A DNA stretch of 64,000 nt from Mobula birostris (taxonomy: Eukaryota), in contig NC_092371.1 of NCBI RefSeq assembly GCF_030028105.1, forward strand, positions 10,080,181 through 10,144,180, in the 5' to 3' direction. This document shows positions 37,561 to 49,535 of the stretch, one piece after another. The notes under the pieces were generated by a model that saw only the letters and a program-made list of their open reading frames with translations, searched no databases and had not been told where the DNA came from. The position numbers were made by a program, and so were the translations under genes. Every line of letters begins with the position of its first letter. Position 1 is the first letter of the stretch.

Positions 37561-39029
37561 ATGTACTTTTCAACAAAATTCCTTTGTCCCAATAATGTAA
37601 TGAACCATTAAGGCAGATCACAGGAGAGCTGGCCAAAAAATTGATAATCTTGCAAACAAGGATACAAACAGGTGATTAAAAGTATAATCCTAGAGTGTGG
37701 TGCTAAAGGAAGGGAGAGGCTTCAGGTGAGAAATCGAGCACTCAGGATACAGACAGCTGGAGGGGGCAGTTCTCAGAAGTCCAGATCAAAGGCCAAAGGT
37801 TGATCTGAGGTCTGGATTAAAGAGCAAAAATTGATTGGGGGTCTACAAGTCGAGTCCCAAGTCTACAAGTCTCTGTGAGACTACTAGGGAAGTCAGGGCA
37901 CAACGTCTGTGAATCCACGATCTGCTGGAGCCTGAAAAAGCTGGCTTGTCCTGGGGTTAGGTGTGTGTCTGTGGAAGAAAGCTTGTTTTGCTCTTGTTAC
38001 TTGGCATGTTCTTTTTCGCTGTGCTGTCCTGCCAAGCATCGTGGACATGTTATGTTGGTGCTGGAGTGGGGACTCCTGCAAGCTGCCCCCAGCACATCCT
38101 TGAGTGTGTTGATTGTTAACATAAACTAGGTCTGGAGGGAGAGGGATAATGGAGGTAGGAGGAGTTGAAATTATGGCTGTATCTTTGATAAGCTTCTATA
38201 GATGTGCAGTGTTGAGTATACGGACCTGGAATGGGAACACCAATGCCTTTAAATGGAAAGACCACAAACAGTAATGGATACAGCCCTGTCCATCACAGGT
38301 ACAACCCTTTCTACCATTGAGCACATTTACAGGAAAGCAGCATCTATCAAGAACCCCCACCAGGCTCTCTTCTCACTGCTGCTATTGGGAATGAGGTTCA
38401 GAAGCCCGAAGTCCCACACACCAGCAGGTTCAGGGACAGTTATTACCCCTCAACCATCAGGATCTTGAACCAGAGGGGTTAACTTCACTCACTCCAACAC
38501 TGAACTGATTCCATAACCTATGGACTCATTAAGGACTCTACAATTTGTGCTCTCAATCTTTACTGGCTACATATTTTTCTTTATTTTGTGTTTGCACAGT
38601 TTGCAGTTTTTGGGACATCAGTTGTTTGTCCATCTTTATGACAAAATGAATGTGGTGACACATGCCTTGTTAATAAATTTGATCTTTAAACACAGACGTG
38701 TTTCACAGATTCCAGCTAATACTTAACCAGCAGACAATGCAAGCTAGCAAGCACAAGCTAATCAACCACATTCTCAACTGTGGAGATTGTCTGATTAACC
38801 CCAAATCCAAATTAAGCATTTTAGTATCATGTGTTAAAACTGTCACACAATCCATCTGTGGAAACTGATTAAAACAGGGACTGGTGTAAATATACCATAG
38901 TAAATATTGGAACAATGTGTTGACAAACCAGCCCCCAAAGCCTGTGCTAAGAATGCCCCAACTTGTAAACTGCAATGAACCCTACACCTTCCCCCCCCCA
39001 CCTCAGTATCTGCTAATAAATAGGGTCAG

Positions 39030-39592
39030 AATCAGAATTAGGTTTATTATCACCAGCATGTGACGTGAAATTTGTTAACTTAGCAGCAGCAGCTCAATGC
39101 AATACATAATATAGCAGAGAGAAAAATAATAAAATTAATAAAGTAAATCAATTATGTATTTTGAATAGATTTTAAAAACATGCAAAAACAGAAATACTGT
39201 ATGTTAAAATAAAGTGAGGTAGTGTCCAAAGCTTCAACGTCCATTTAGGAATCAGATGGCAGAGGGAAAGAAGCTGTTCCTGAATCGCTGAGTGTGTGCC
39301 TCCAGTGAGAAAAGGGCATGCCCTGGGTGCTGGAGGTCCTTAATAATGGATGTTGCCTTCCTGAGACACCGCTCTGTAAAGATGTCCTGGGTACTTTGTA
39401 GGCTAGTACCCAAGATGGAGCTGACTAGATTTACAACCTTCTGCAGCTTCTTTTGGTCCTGTGCAGTAGCCCCTCCATACCAGACAGTGATGCAGCCTGT
39501 CAGAATGCTCTCCAGGGTACAACTGTAGAAATTTTTGAGTGCATTTGTTGACATGCCAAATCTCTTCAAGCTCCTAATAAAGTACAGCCACA
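39030..39592 (-). mobile_element. Rex1/Babar LINE 3' fragment
   Basis: LYFIRSLKRFG..FYSCTLESILTGCITVWYG..RFRNSFFP; similar remnants near 24150-24660, 31025-31570, 38180-38690, 59550-59930, 60090-60990. Confidence 0.85.
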
Positions 39593-40472
39593 ATAGTCAG
39601 GGCCAGCAGAATGTTCACAGCTATGTTCTGGGAAGTGCCTGATGTACGACCATGACTTCTTTCCCCTTTCTAATTCATGTCACAATAACACTTCCTCACA
39701 GCCCTGCTAATCGTTAAGACCTCTGCTCCTCATCTCATTTCACCCAGGAACAAAATAGCCCAGCACTTGACCACCCAGCTCCCCCCTCCCCATTTCACCT
39801 GGACAGGAGCATGATTGAACACCCAACACACTTCCCTCCCCATCTGACCTGCAGAGAGAGAGAGCACATTTGACAGTCCTCTCACCATTTTGCCAGGAGG
39901 TGGGCATTGTCAAAATCCCTGCCTGGCCATTTGCTTACAGGGGATACCGACTGTGCATGTTGCTCAATTAACCCGTCACTGCCATCTTGCCTGGGGGTGT
40001 GTGGGGGGGGGTCACCCACTTCCCCCACCAAGGAACAAGCACAATTAACTAAATCCTCCAACAGTTCAACAGGGGAGAGAGCACAATTAACTCTCACCTT
40101 CCCCATCTCACCTGGGTGAAGGGGATTCCAGCCCTCCATCTCGCTCAGAGGGGCTACAATTATCCCTTTACTCACTGTCTCAGCTGGGAAGGACCCCCCC
40201 CCCGGCTATAGTTATCTCCTTACTGAAATAAAAAAGAACTAAGACCCTCTCGCTTAATGCCTCATCTGGGAAAACGGTACAGTTAACCATCTCCCTCCCG
40301 TCGCCCCCCAACTTCCGCGGGGGCATTTGAATCGCCAACCTGCCTCCTTTAAACACTAATATTTAAGTTTCATCCAGGGCTGTGGGTGACATCAGTCTAA
40401 ACCCCTGTCTTCCGACCCCGACCCCCACCCCCAGGGGACATCTAACTGCCCAGACCCCAGCGGCCTCCTCAC

Positions 40473-40647
40473 CTGCGCCCACAGAGCCGCCGGCCACAGC
40501 CCTCATGACGCACACCGGCAAGAGCCCGCACAGCACGGTCAGGACCAGCAGCAGGGCGAGCGAGGCCAGCTTCACCTCTAGCCCGGGACTCATCTTCAGG
40601 TCGACACCCGGCTCCAGCGGCATCTTCCCAGGCCCCGCTTCTCCCAT
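40473..40647 (-). CDS. SLC39A1: SLC39A1 coding exon 1 (MGEAGPGKMPLEPGVDLKMSPGLEVKLASLALLLVLTVLCGLLPVCVMRAVAGGSVGA)
   Basis: GLEVKL..L.LLLVLT.LC matches ZIP1 TM1; G|gtgagg donor, phase 1; start ATG uncertain (40647, 40623 or the next in-frame ATG). Confidence 0.9.
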
Positions 40648-40679
40648 CACCTCAAACCGAGCACACCACCCGCCCAAAG

Positions 40680-41270
40680 GCGGGGCGGGAGCTGAGGGGT
40701 GAGGCGCGGAGTGTCAGCACGAACAGCCACTCGCGTTTAAACTTGGACTCCGATTGACATAAAACTGACCAATCAATCGGCGCCGGGCGCAGCTCTCATT
40801 CGATTTTTGAAAAGAGGCGGGGTTTGGCGCAAGAGCACGCGGATCGGTTCCAGGGGGCGGGGCTTAGTAGGGGCGGGGTTTCGTCTCAAAGTGGGCGTCA
40901 CCACTGACATCATCTGTCACAGGTCTTGCGGGAAAGAATTCGACGCCATGTTTATGAGGGGCGCCGAGCGAACCGTTCCTAATTGCAAACCAAACGGAAT
41001 CGCTGCGGGATGACGACAGTCACCAAAAAAAATACGTTAGTACTAGACGTATCACTCATGCCTGGAACAAGTGCCTTTTGAAATGTACTTGTCAAAGGTT
41101 TACCACTTGCACCTTACAAATCTGGCGGGCAGCTGCCGAGCGAGGAATCAGCCCGGCAGGTCACTAAATTAGACCAATCGGTTTGCAGTAGGGTAGGCCT
41201 CTGATTCCTGACATGCGCAGTCGGGGCGCGGTGACGTCATTGGTGCCAGGTTGGAAGTTGTGGTAAGTTG
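40680..41270. promoter_or_regulatory. Bidirectional CpG promoter shared by SLC39A1 (-) and CREB3L4 (+)
   Basis: CCAAT 40769-40773 and 41174-41178; GC boxes 40854-40862 and 40870-40878; full CRE TGACGTCA 41232-41239; GTAAGT at 41263 as possible donor of a non-coding CREB3L4 first exon. Confidence 0.75.
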
Positions 41271-41969
41271 TCCAAGTGTGGAGGCAGGGTGTTTTGTGTG
41301 AGGGACTTTCTGATCGGACAGCGCTTTTAAAATCATCTCCTGCAATTTAATAGAGTGTAAGAGGAAGACATTTTTAAAAATGTACATTCAACAATTGATT
41401 AGGAATGCTAAGAAAATGCGCAAAATAACAGCTTGTCAAAGTATATGTCGCTGTGCGTTTACCTTTATTATAAGATGGGTAGGGCCAATCCAGGATCTTT
41501 GTATCCTGCACAGCCCAGGTCCTGTGCAAGCACAAAAAAACACATTCCCGCAGGATGTCACTGAAGGACGACAGTAGGAAACCAACGATACCACTGTGCA
41601 GAGAGATGGTGACCTCACATCTGGGAAAATTGGCACAGTTTTGGTCTCCTTGTGTAAGAATGATACGATTACTTTTGAGACAGGGTAGAGAAGGTTTGCA
41701 TCTCCAGACTTCACTGGATGAATGGATATTTGTATCACAGAGTTAAGCAGATTGGATTTCTCTTTATGAACAATTAGAAGAACTAAGGGCAATCCAAATA
41801 ATTCTTGACAAAGTAGAGAAACGATGGTTCCCCATTAGAACGTAGGACATTGCAAGCCCATCATTGTGTGGCTGACTGACTTCCCAATGCTCTGACCTTG
41901 GCATTATATGACTGCTCATCCATAGACAATGGATAACTAACAGACCCCATAACCTGTTGCTGCCATACG

Positions 41970-42590
41970 AGTCTGATGGGATGCTATAGAGGGAGATTCA
42001 CTCTATGGCTGACCCCATGAGTGTGTGATTGGAGAGTGTAGGGGAGCTTCCCCCTTGTGTCTGACCCCGGGGTGTGTGTGATGGGACAGTGCCAAGGGAG
42101 TTTCACTCTGTGTCTGACCCTGGGAGTGTGTGATGGGGCGGTGCAGAGGGAGCTTCACTCTGTGTCTGACCCCGGGAGTGTGTGATGGGATGGTGTGGAG
42201 GGAGTTTCACTCTGTGTCTGACCCCGGGAGTGTGTGATGGGACAGTGTAGAGGGAGTTTCTCTGTGTCTGACCCCGGGAGTGTGTGATGGGACAGTGTAG
42301 AGGGAGCTTCACTCTGTGTCTGACCCCGGGAGTGTGTGATGGGAGGGTGTAGAGGGAGTTTCACTCTGTGTCTGACTCTGGGAGTGTGTGATGGGACAGT
42401 GTAGAGGGAGCTTCACTCTGTGTCTAACCCCGGGAGTGTGTGATGGGACGGTGTGGAGGGAGCTTCACTCTGTGTCTGACCCCGGGAGTGTGTGATGGGA
42501 CAGTGTAGAGGGAGTTTCACTCTGTGTCTGACCCCGGGAGTGTGTGATGGGATGGTGTGGACGGAGATTGACTCTGTGTTTACTCTGTGC
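41970..42590. repeat. 52-bp minisatellite (tctgtgtctgaccccgggagtgtgtgatgggacagtgtagagggagcttcac)n
   Basis: About ten well-conserved units; degenerate copies at 34625-34760. Confidence 0.95.
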
Positions 42591-42668
42591 TGTTTCTGAT
42601 GTTTGATTTAATCTGAGAATGCGGTGCCACCAAGTGAGGTACTTGTTTTCTTCTGTGTTTCTGAGGAA

Positions 42669-42812
42669 ATGAATCCTGGTGACCAGGACCTACTGGTCAG
42701 TTATCAGGAGCAACAGGAGGGAATTTTCCTCAGGAATGGCTATTTGGGGTCCATTGAGGGACAGGAAGAGGCAGACGAAGTGGTGCCTAACTGGTCAGCC
42801 GCCAGATCTGGG
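42669..42812 (+). CDS. CREB3L4: CREB3L4 probable first coding exon (MNPGDQDLLVSYQEQQEGIF...NWSAARSG)
   Basis: gaaATG start, acidic N-terminus, gtgagt donor phase 0 joining the next exon in frame; weakly conserved. Confidence 0.7.
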
Positions 42813-43319
42813 GTGAGTGATATCAATGAAGAGTTGGCCCCTAACGTGTGCATTGATCATAATATGACACTGCCTTCATTATCTCATGCGTCCTCATCTC
42901 CGAGACCCCACTCCGCACCCCACCCTGGCTATGACCCCCACTGGCCCCTACCCCCTACCCATCTCTGTAACCCCCTTGGGCTCCTACATATTTCTTTCTC
43001 TATCTATCTCTCTATCTCTATCTCCCTCTATCTCTCTTTCTCTATCATCTCTCTATCTCTCTCTCCCCCTCTCTCTGACCCCACTGGCCTTTTCACTGTC
43101 AATCCCCTGAATATTCCTGAATCTCATCATCACTTTCTCTCTCTGCTCCAGGCTCTGGAATTTCTTCCCGCTACTCCTCGTGTAAGACGTCCCCCGACCC
43201 CTTCCCACTCTCAGAACCTGCTATTCTCCGAGTGGAAGATTTGAAGTTTAGGTTGAGGGACCAGTGGATGGGGTGGTTGGATATTTATCCTCCTGAGGCT
43301 GAGATCTCTCTCCTCGAAG

Positions 43320-43569
43320 GTTGTGGGCAAGGTGGAACTTGATGAGCTGCTTCAGACTCGCGTTAATCCCAATGAGGTGTACAACAACAGCAGCAATAAC
43401 GGTGGCGCCGCCGAATCGACTTCTGAGGCGGACAGCGGCATCTCCGACGACCAGCGGCCTGACAGTCCACTTCCTGCTGAGGCAACCCCCGCCCGCCTCT
43501 TCCAGCTCGTGTATGGGGTCAGCGTGAAGTCAGAGTCTCCTGGGGCCGATTTGGTCTCCATCGATCTTG
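43320..43569 (+). CDS. CREB3L4: CREB3L4 coding exon (..VNPNEVY..ADSGISDDQRPDSP..LFQLVY..LVSIDL)
   Basis: PNEVY / DSGIS / SIDL motifs of the CREB3 family; 250 nt phase 0/1; gtcagt donor. Confidence 0.9.
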
Positions 43570-43779
43570 GTCAGTGATCCCTGAGAAAGACTAGGAGTGT
43601 GGTCATCCCCACCCAACTCCCTTCTCCCCTTCCCGCCTCCACCCCCTCTTCCTTCTCCCCATTAGCCCCTCTACCTCCCTCTCCCCTCTTCTCCCCCTCA
43701 CCCTCTCTTGCTCTTCTACCTCCCTCGCCCCCTCTCCCCCCCCCTCAAAGAGTTTTTTCAATTTTGGAATTTCAGATAA

Positions 43780-44535
43780 CATAGAAACATAGAAAACCTA
43801 CAGCACAATAAGGCCCTTCGGCCCACAATGCTGTGCAGAACATGTCCTTACCCATAGCCCTCTATTTATCTGAGCTCCAGGAGTCTCTTAAAAGACCTTA
43901 CAGTATCCACCTCCACCATAGTCGCTGGCAGCCCATTCCACGCACTCACCGCTCTCTGCATAAAAACACCTACCCCTGATATCTCCTCTGTACCTACTTC
44001 CAAGCACCTTAAAACTGTGCCCTCTCATGCTAGCCATTTCAGCCCTGGGAAAAAGCCTCTGACTATCCGCATGATCAATGCCTCTCATCATCTTAAACAC
44101 CTCTATCAGGTCACCTCTCATCCTCCGTCACTCCAAGGAAAAAGTTCACTCAACCTATTCTCATAAGGCATGCTCCCCAATCCAGGCAACATCCTTGTAA
44201 ATCTCCTCTGCACCCTTTCTATGTTTTCCACATCCTTCCTATAGTGAGGCACAGTACTCCAAGTGGGGTCTGATCAGGGTCCTATATTGCTGCAACATTA
44301 CCTCTCGGCTCCTAAACTCAATCCCACAATTGATGAAGGCCAATGCACCGTATGCCTTCTTAACCACAGAGTCAACCTGCGCAGCAGCTTTGAGTGTTCT
44401 ATGGACTAGGACCCCAAGATCCCTCTGATCCTCCACACTGCCAAAAGTCTTACCATTAATACTATATTCTGACATCATATTTGACCCAGCAGAATGAACC
44501 ACCTCACACTTATCTGGGCTGAACTCCATCTGCCA
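43780..44535 (-). mobile_element. CR1 LINE 3' fragment
   Basis: WQMEFSPDKCEVVH, RDLGV, RPHLEYC, RGDLIEVFKMM. Confidence 0.9.
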
Positions 44536-45371
44536 AGGTACTGATGTGTAACCCAGGTCTACGAGGATGTCAAAACGTTTCATACGATGTGTTCTTGCAG
44601 CCGACTAGCCGGGACCAAGCTGGAGTGAGACGTTTCCTGTGAAAACATCTCACTGCTCTGAGGTTGTAAAAAAAAAAAAATCACTTCTAAACCACTTTTA
44701 AAAATCATGCCACATGGGCTGTGACAGTCTCTGTCTTATCGACCCTCCTCCTTCCTGCTGGCCTGTCCCGCAACATCCTTTTTTTTTAAAGCCGTCTGCT
44801 TCCTGAAGCAGTGAGAAGTGTAGACAGAATCCTTGGAGGGGAGGCTGGCTTCCGTGATCTGCTGAGCAGAGTCCACAACTCTCTGCTGGTTTCTGGTGGT
44901 CCTGGGCAAGACACAGTGAAGGGTTTATTTGCAGACGGAGGTATAGTTACACAGAAAGTGCACTGCAAGCAGATAATAAAATGCAGGGCCATGCCAAGGT
45001 AGATTGTGTGGTCAAGAGTCCATCTTATCAGTACTCTTATCGAAGCTGTCCTTGAGCCTGCTGGTACATACTTTCAGGCTTTTGTATCTTCTGCCCTGTG
45101 TGAGAATGGGGAAGAGAGAACGTCCGGGGTGGGTGGTGTCTTTCTTTATGCTAACTGCTCAGCCAGAAGAGGCGAGAAGTGCAGAGGGAGGCCGTGTCCA
45201 AACTCTCTGCTCTTCCCCATTGTGGAGCTCAGTGGGCAAATGGCCTAGTTCTGCTCCTGGAGGCAGACACAACAGTACTATTTACAAGATGTTTGGACAG
45301 GGATTTGGATGTAAAGGATGTGCAGGTAACCTTGACATTAGGGTTGGCATGGGACAGGCAGGACCTGTTCT

Positions 45372-47048
45372 AGGAGAGTGAAGGAGGGAGTTGCGAGTGA
45401 AGGAAAGAGGAGGGCGGTGTGAAGGAGAGGGGGGTGAAGGAGGGGAGGGTAAGTGAGGGAGAGGGGATGTGAAGGAGAGGGATGAAGCAGAGAGGGAGTG
45501 AAGGAGGGAAGGGTAACTGAGGGAGAGAGGGTATGGAGATAGAGGGTCTGTGTAGGAGTGAGGGGGAGTGAAGGAGGAGATGGTAAAAGAGAGAGGGGTG
45601 ACAGAGGAAGAGGATTGAAGGGGGAGAGGAGGTTGAAGGAGAGAGATGGGGAGTGACATTAAGGGGGTGAAGGTGAGAGAGAGATAGAGGGGGAGAAGAG
45701 AGAGTGAGAAGGGGATGTGAAGGAGAGAGGGGGAGTGAAGGAGGGGAGGGTAAATGAGGGAGGGGGTGTGAAAGAAAGGTGAAGCAGAGGGGTGAAGGAG
45801 GGGGTAAATGAGGGAAACGGGTTGTGAAGGAGAGAGGGGTGTGTGGAGAGAGGGTTTGTGAAGGGGAGGGGGGAGTGAAGGAGAGAGCAGGGAATAAAGG
45901 AGAGGGGGTGAAAGAGGAGAGGGTATACAAAAGAGAGGGGAGATGGAGGGACGGGGTTGTGGGGTGGGAGTTGAAAGGGGAGGGAGGGGGTTGGTGGAGA
46001 GAGGAGTTTGAGGGGGGAAGATGGGGATTAAGAGATGGGGAGAGAAAGATAGGGGAGAAGAGAAGAGGAAGGGAAGGTGTGTGATGGAGGGTAAAGGGGT
46101 GAAGGGGAGAGGGGGTGGGGAGAGAGAGATGGAAGGGGATAAAGGGGAGAGAGAAAGTGTGTGAAGGGGAGGGGGAGTGAAGGAGAAACAGGGAATAAAA
46201 GAGGAGAGGGTAAAGGAGAGAGATGGGGTGAAGGAGGTGTAGAAATAGAGTGTGAAGGGGGAGAGGGGTGTTGAAGGTGAGAGAGGAGGACGGGTAATAG
46301 AGGGGAGGGTAAAGCAGAAAGATGGAGTGAAGGGGAGAGAGGGCGGTTGAAGGAGAGGGGAGTGAAGGACAAAGGAGGTGGAGAAAGAGGGGGCTGAAGG
46401 TGAGAAAGAGGGGATGAAGGAATGAGAGATTGAAGGAAGGGAAGGTAATGGGGGGAGATGGGGGCTGAAGGAGAGGGGGTTTGAAAGAGAGTGAGGGGGT
46501 TGAAGGAGAGGGGACGTGGTTGAAAAAGGGTGGAGGGTGAAGTGAAGGAGAGAGGGAGGGTGAAGTAGAGAGGGTGAAGGAGAGAGATAAGGTGTGTGAA
46601 GGGAGTTGAAAGAGGAGAAGGAGAGGGAGGAGTTTGAAGGAGAGAGGGAGTGGGAAGAGAGGGGTGGAGGGAGAGAGAGTGGGTGATGGAGGGGAGGGTA
46701 AAGGTGAGAGATGGGGAGAGTGGGTTGAGGGGGTGAAGGAGAGAGAAGAGGGAGTGAAGGGGAGGTGGGTGAAGGACAGCGGAGGGCAGAGTGAAGGAGA
46801 GAGGGGAAGGTGAAGGAGGGGAGGGTAAAGGAGAGAGAGGGGAAGGTGAAGGAGAGGAGGGTAAAAGAGAGAGATGGGGATGAAGGGGGGTTAAGGAGAG
46901 AGAGATGAGGGGGCTGAAGGAGAAGGGTTTGCAAAACAGTAGAGAGAGAGAGGGTGGGTGAAGGAGAGAGAGGGGAACAGAGAGATAGGGTTGGGAGAGA
47001 GAGGGGATGAGGAGGGATGGAGGGGAGGGGGTTGGAAGGAGAATGAGG
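45372..47048. repeat. 1.7-kb purine-rich (GA) low-complexity tract
   Basis: Almost exclusively G/A on + with a recurring gtgaagga motif. Confidence 0.95.
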
Positions 47049-48123
47049 AATTCCCACCCCTCCCCTTCTCTCCCCCAAATCAGTCGTACATTTGGGTATT
47101 CTCCCAATGCTGCTATGCTGCTTTTATTACCCTGCACACATTATATTTTCATAAAACTATTGGCATGTAATATTTTAATTGTTAAGTAATTATGTGTGAT
47201 GAGCAAGTGTAAGCTTTGTGGGCCGAAGGGCCTGTATTGTGCTGTAGGTTTTCGATGTTTCTAAGACAAACACTGCTTTCTGGTAGCACACAAATTCAGT
47301 TGGAAATGATGACGATTCCAAGCCATCTCATTATATCTTCCAAAATCCAGAAAAATCCAAAACACTTCCATCCCCAAGCATTTGGATTTGATATTTGGGT
47401 GATTACAACAACAGCACTGTTTAGAAGTGAAGTTATTTTTCGATTGCGTTTTTATAAGATTGATATGGATAATTTTTGAACACATTTTCTGAAGTACTTC
47501 ATTTATTTCAATCTGTCTGTGTTAAACTTTTATTAAGAGTAAAACAATGAACATGTAAACAAGCAACAGAACTAATCATTTTTCCTTTTTAAAATAAAGG
47601 CCACAATCGGACTTTTACTAAACTAAGATATGAGCAGAATAAATCCATTTGGCCACATTGAGTCTGTTCCACATTATCGCCCATATTTGTTACTCATTGA
47701 TTAACCAATGATTAGATTAGATTAGATTGGATTCAATTTTATTGTCATTGTGCCAAGTACAGATACAAAGCCAATGAAATGCAGTTAGCATCTAACCAGA
47801 AACGCAAAGAATACTGATAATCTCTTGACAAAATTACCATGGTACTCGAGGAGTTTTTCTTTAGAAGCCATTTTAGGCACACGCTCTCAAAAAGGGTTTC
47901 CATTCCCACCCGCGGCCCCAGGCAATGACGACAGATCAATGGGGAGGTTTTTCAGGGTGCTCAGATGTCCCAGAGAGAGGGATCTGGGAAGGGGACAGAG
48001 TGCATTCCTGTGGGCGTCAGGGTTCAGACCTCAGACTGTAGACCCTACCCTACGTTACCCTGATAGCCAAAGAAGGGATTCACCACAGGATGTTTTGTTC
48101 TCCCCCCCACCCCCCCGTTACAG

Positions 48124-48206
48124 GCAGCTGGAACAGCCAGGCGCTCCTGCCCGAGTCTTGCGTAGTGGATGCCAGCAGGGAACCAGGCACTATGGATGAT
48201 CTGCCG
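48124..48206 (+). CDS. CREB3L4: CREB3L4 coding exon (SWNSQALLPESCVVDASREPGTMDDLP)
   Basis: ttacag acceptor, gtaggg donor, 83 nt phase 1/0 bridging the flanking exons; resembles human WSPAFMVPDSCMV. Confidence 0.82.
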
Positions 48207-49118
48207 GTAGGGGCTGGAGCCAGGGTTGGGCGGGGGGAATTGGAGTGGGGAGGTACAGGGAGGAGGCAGAATAGTATACCTGGTGGAGGGGTCGCAGCGA
48301 GAAATGGAGTACAGACCCCTACCACAGTGGGAGGGAAAGAGGAGGGGGGTCATCCCTGTGGGGAAAAGGGAAGGGAGTGTCCCCCCAGAAGGGTAGGCGG
48401 AGGAAGTAGTATCTGCTGCGTTGGGGGAGAGGGGAGGAAATGATCCCTGGTGGGGATGGGAGAAGGAATGCCCCTTGGCTGAGGAAGGGGGGAGCATCCC
48501 ATGGCAGGGAGAGAGGGAGAGGGACGGTCCACATCTCGAGGAGGATGTGTGCCCTTCCTGGGGGGTGGAGTGGAGGAAGAGAGGGGGAAGGAGCATCCCA
48601 CAGCAGAGGGGTGAGTGGGAGGGAGTGTTCCCCTGTAGGGAGAGAGGAAACATCCTGACAAGAGAGGACCTGTTGTCTCTTCAGGAGAAACTGGACAGTT
48701 TGGGTCTGTCTTTCATTGCTTTACGAGGAGGGGGAGGGAGGTGACATTATTCACATACAAGATGTCTCGATGGGGGCAGATCTGGAGATGTTCTTGCCAG
48801 TGGGAGAGTCTTGAACATGGGGATGCAGCTACAAGACGAGGGGATGGGTCAGTTCAAAATCCCTTCTCTTGGAGGGGAGTGAATCCCTCGACTTCTCTGT
48901 CGTGAGGGGGGATATACATTCAAGATGGAAATAAATAAATAGTTGATAGATAGATCGAGGAATTGAGGGCGATGGGGAACTGGGAGAGAAGAGGAGTTGG
49001 CACCAGTGTAGGTCAGCCACCATCATACTGATCGAGGGGCTGAGTGTGCAAATCCTGTTTCTTGTGTTCTTATGTCCCCTGGTGAGGCAGCATCCCAGGG
49101 AGATGTGTGTGGACTCAC

Positions 49119-49535
49119 ACCAGAGCAGCTGCCCTCTCTTGTCTGATAAAAGGCAAGGTGTGTTAACTGGTGGTGATCCTGGACGGTGGGGGAGGTGACG
49201 GCCTGGAAGTTGGGTACTGTGGAGGAACTGACGGCCCACCAACACCACCATCACCGCTTAGGCTGCGGCTGCTCCGGCTCAACGGGCTCGTTGCTGCCCT
49301 CCGGGCTCTTGTCCTCCTTCGGGGGAGTGGAGTCCAGGGATGGCTTCGGCCCATGCAGTGGCGCTGGGGGTCCGCGGCCGCGGTGTCTGGGCCTGGATGA
49401 TGGCTTGGGGCACTACATTATACGATGCAGTCTTGCCTCAATTGCCTTGGCCGGCAGCCAGTCGAGAAGAAGGACAATTCTGACTCTGAACCCGGGCAGA
49501 CAGAGCTCGTTAGCTTTGGCAGGCAGTTTGTCCAT
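49119..49535 (-). pseudogene. Candidate decayed coding remnant of unknown origin, antisense in a CREB3L4 intron
   Basis: 139-codon frame with two stops, both explicable by single C>T changes; ends at GTGAGT; no homology recognised. Confidence 0.35.

Noticed and set aside
42813-43244. Extension of ORF 42624-43244 as CREB3L4 coding sequence
   Set aside because: Reads through a GTGAGT donor into a CT microsatellite; intronic.
45282-47137. 598-aa and 369-aa Pro/Ser/Leu-rich ORFs
   Set aside because: Artefact of a polypyrimidine strand that rarely forms stop codons.
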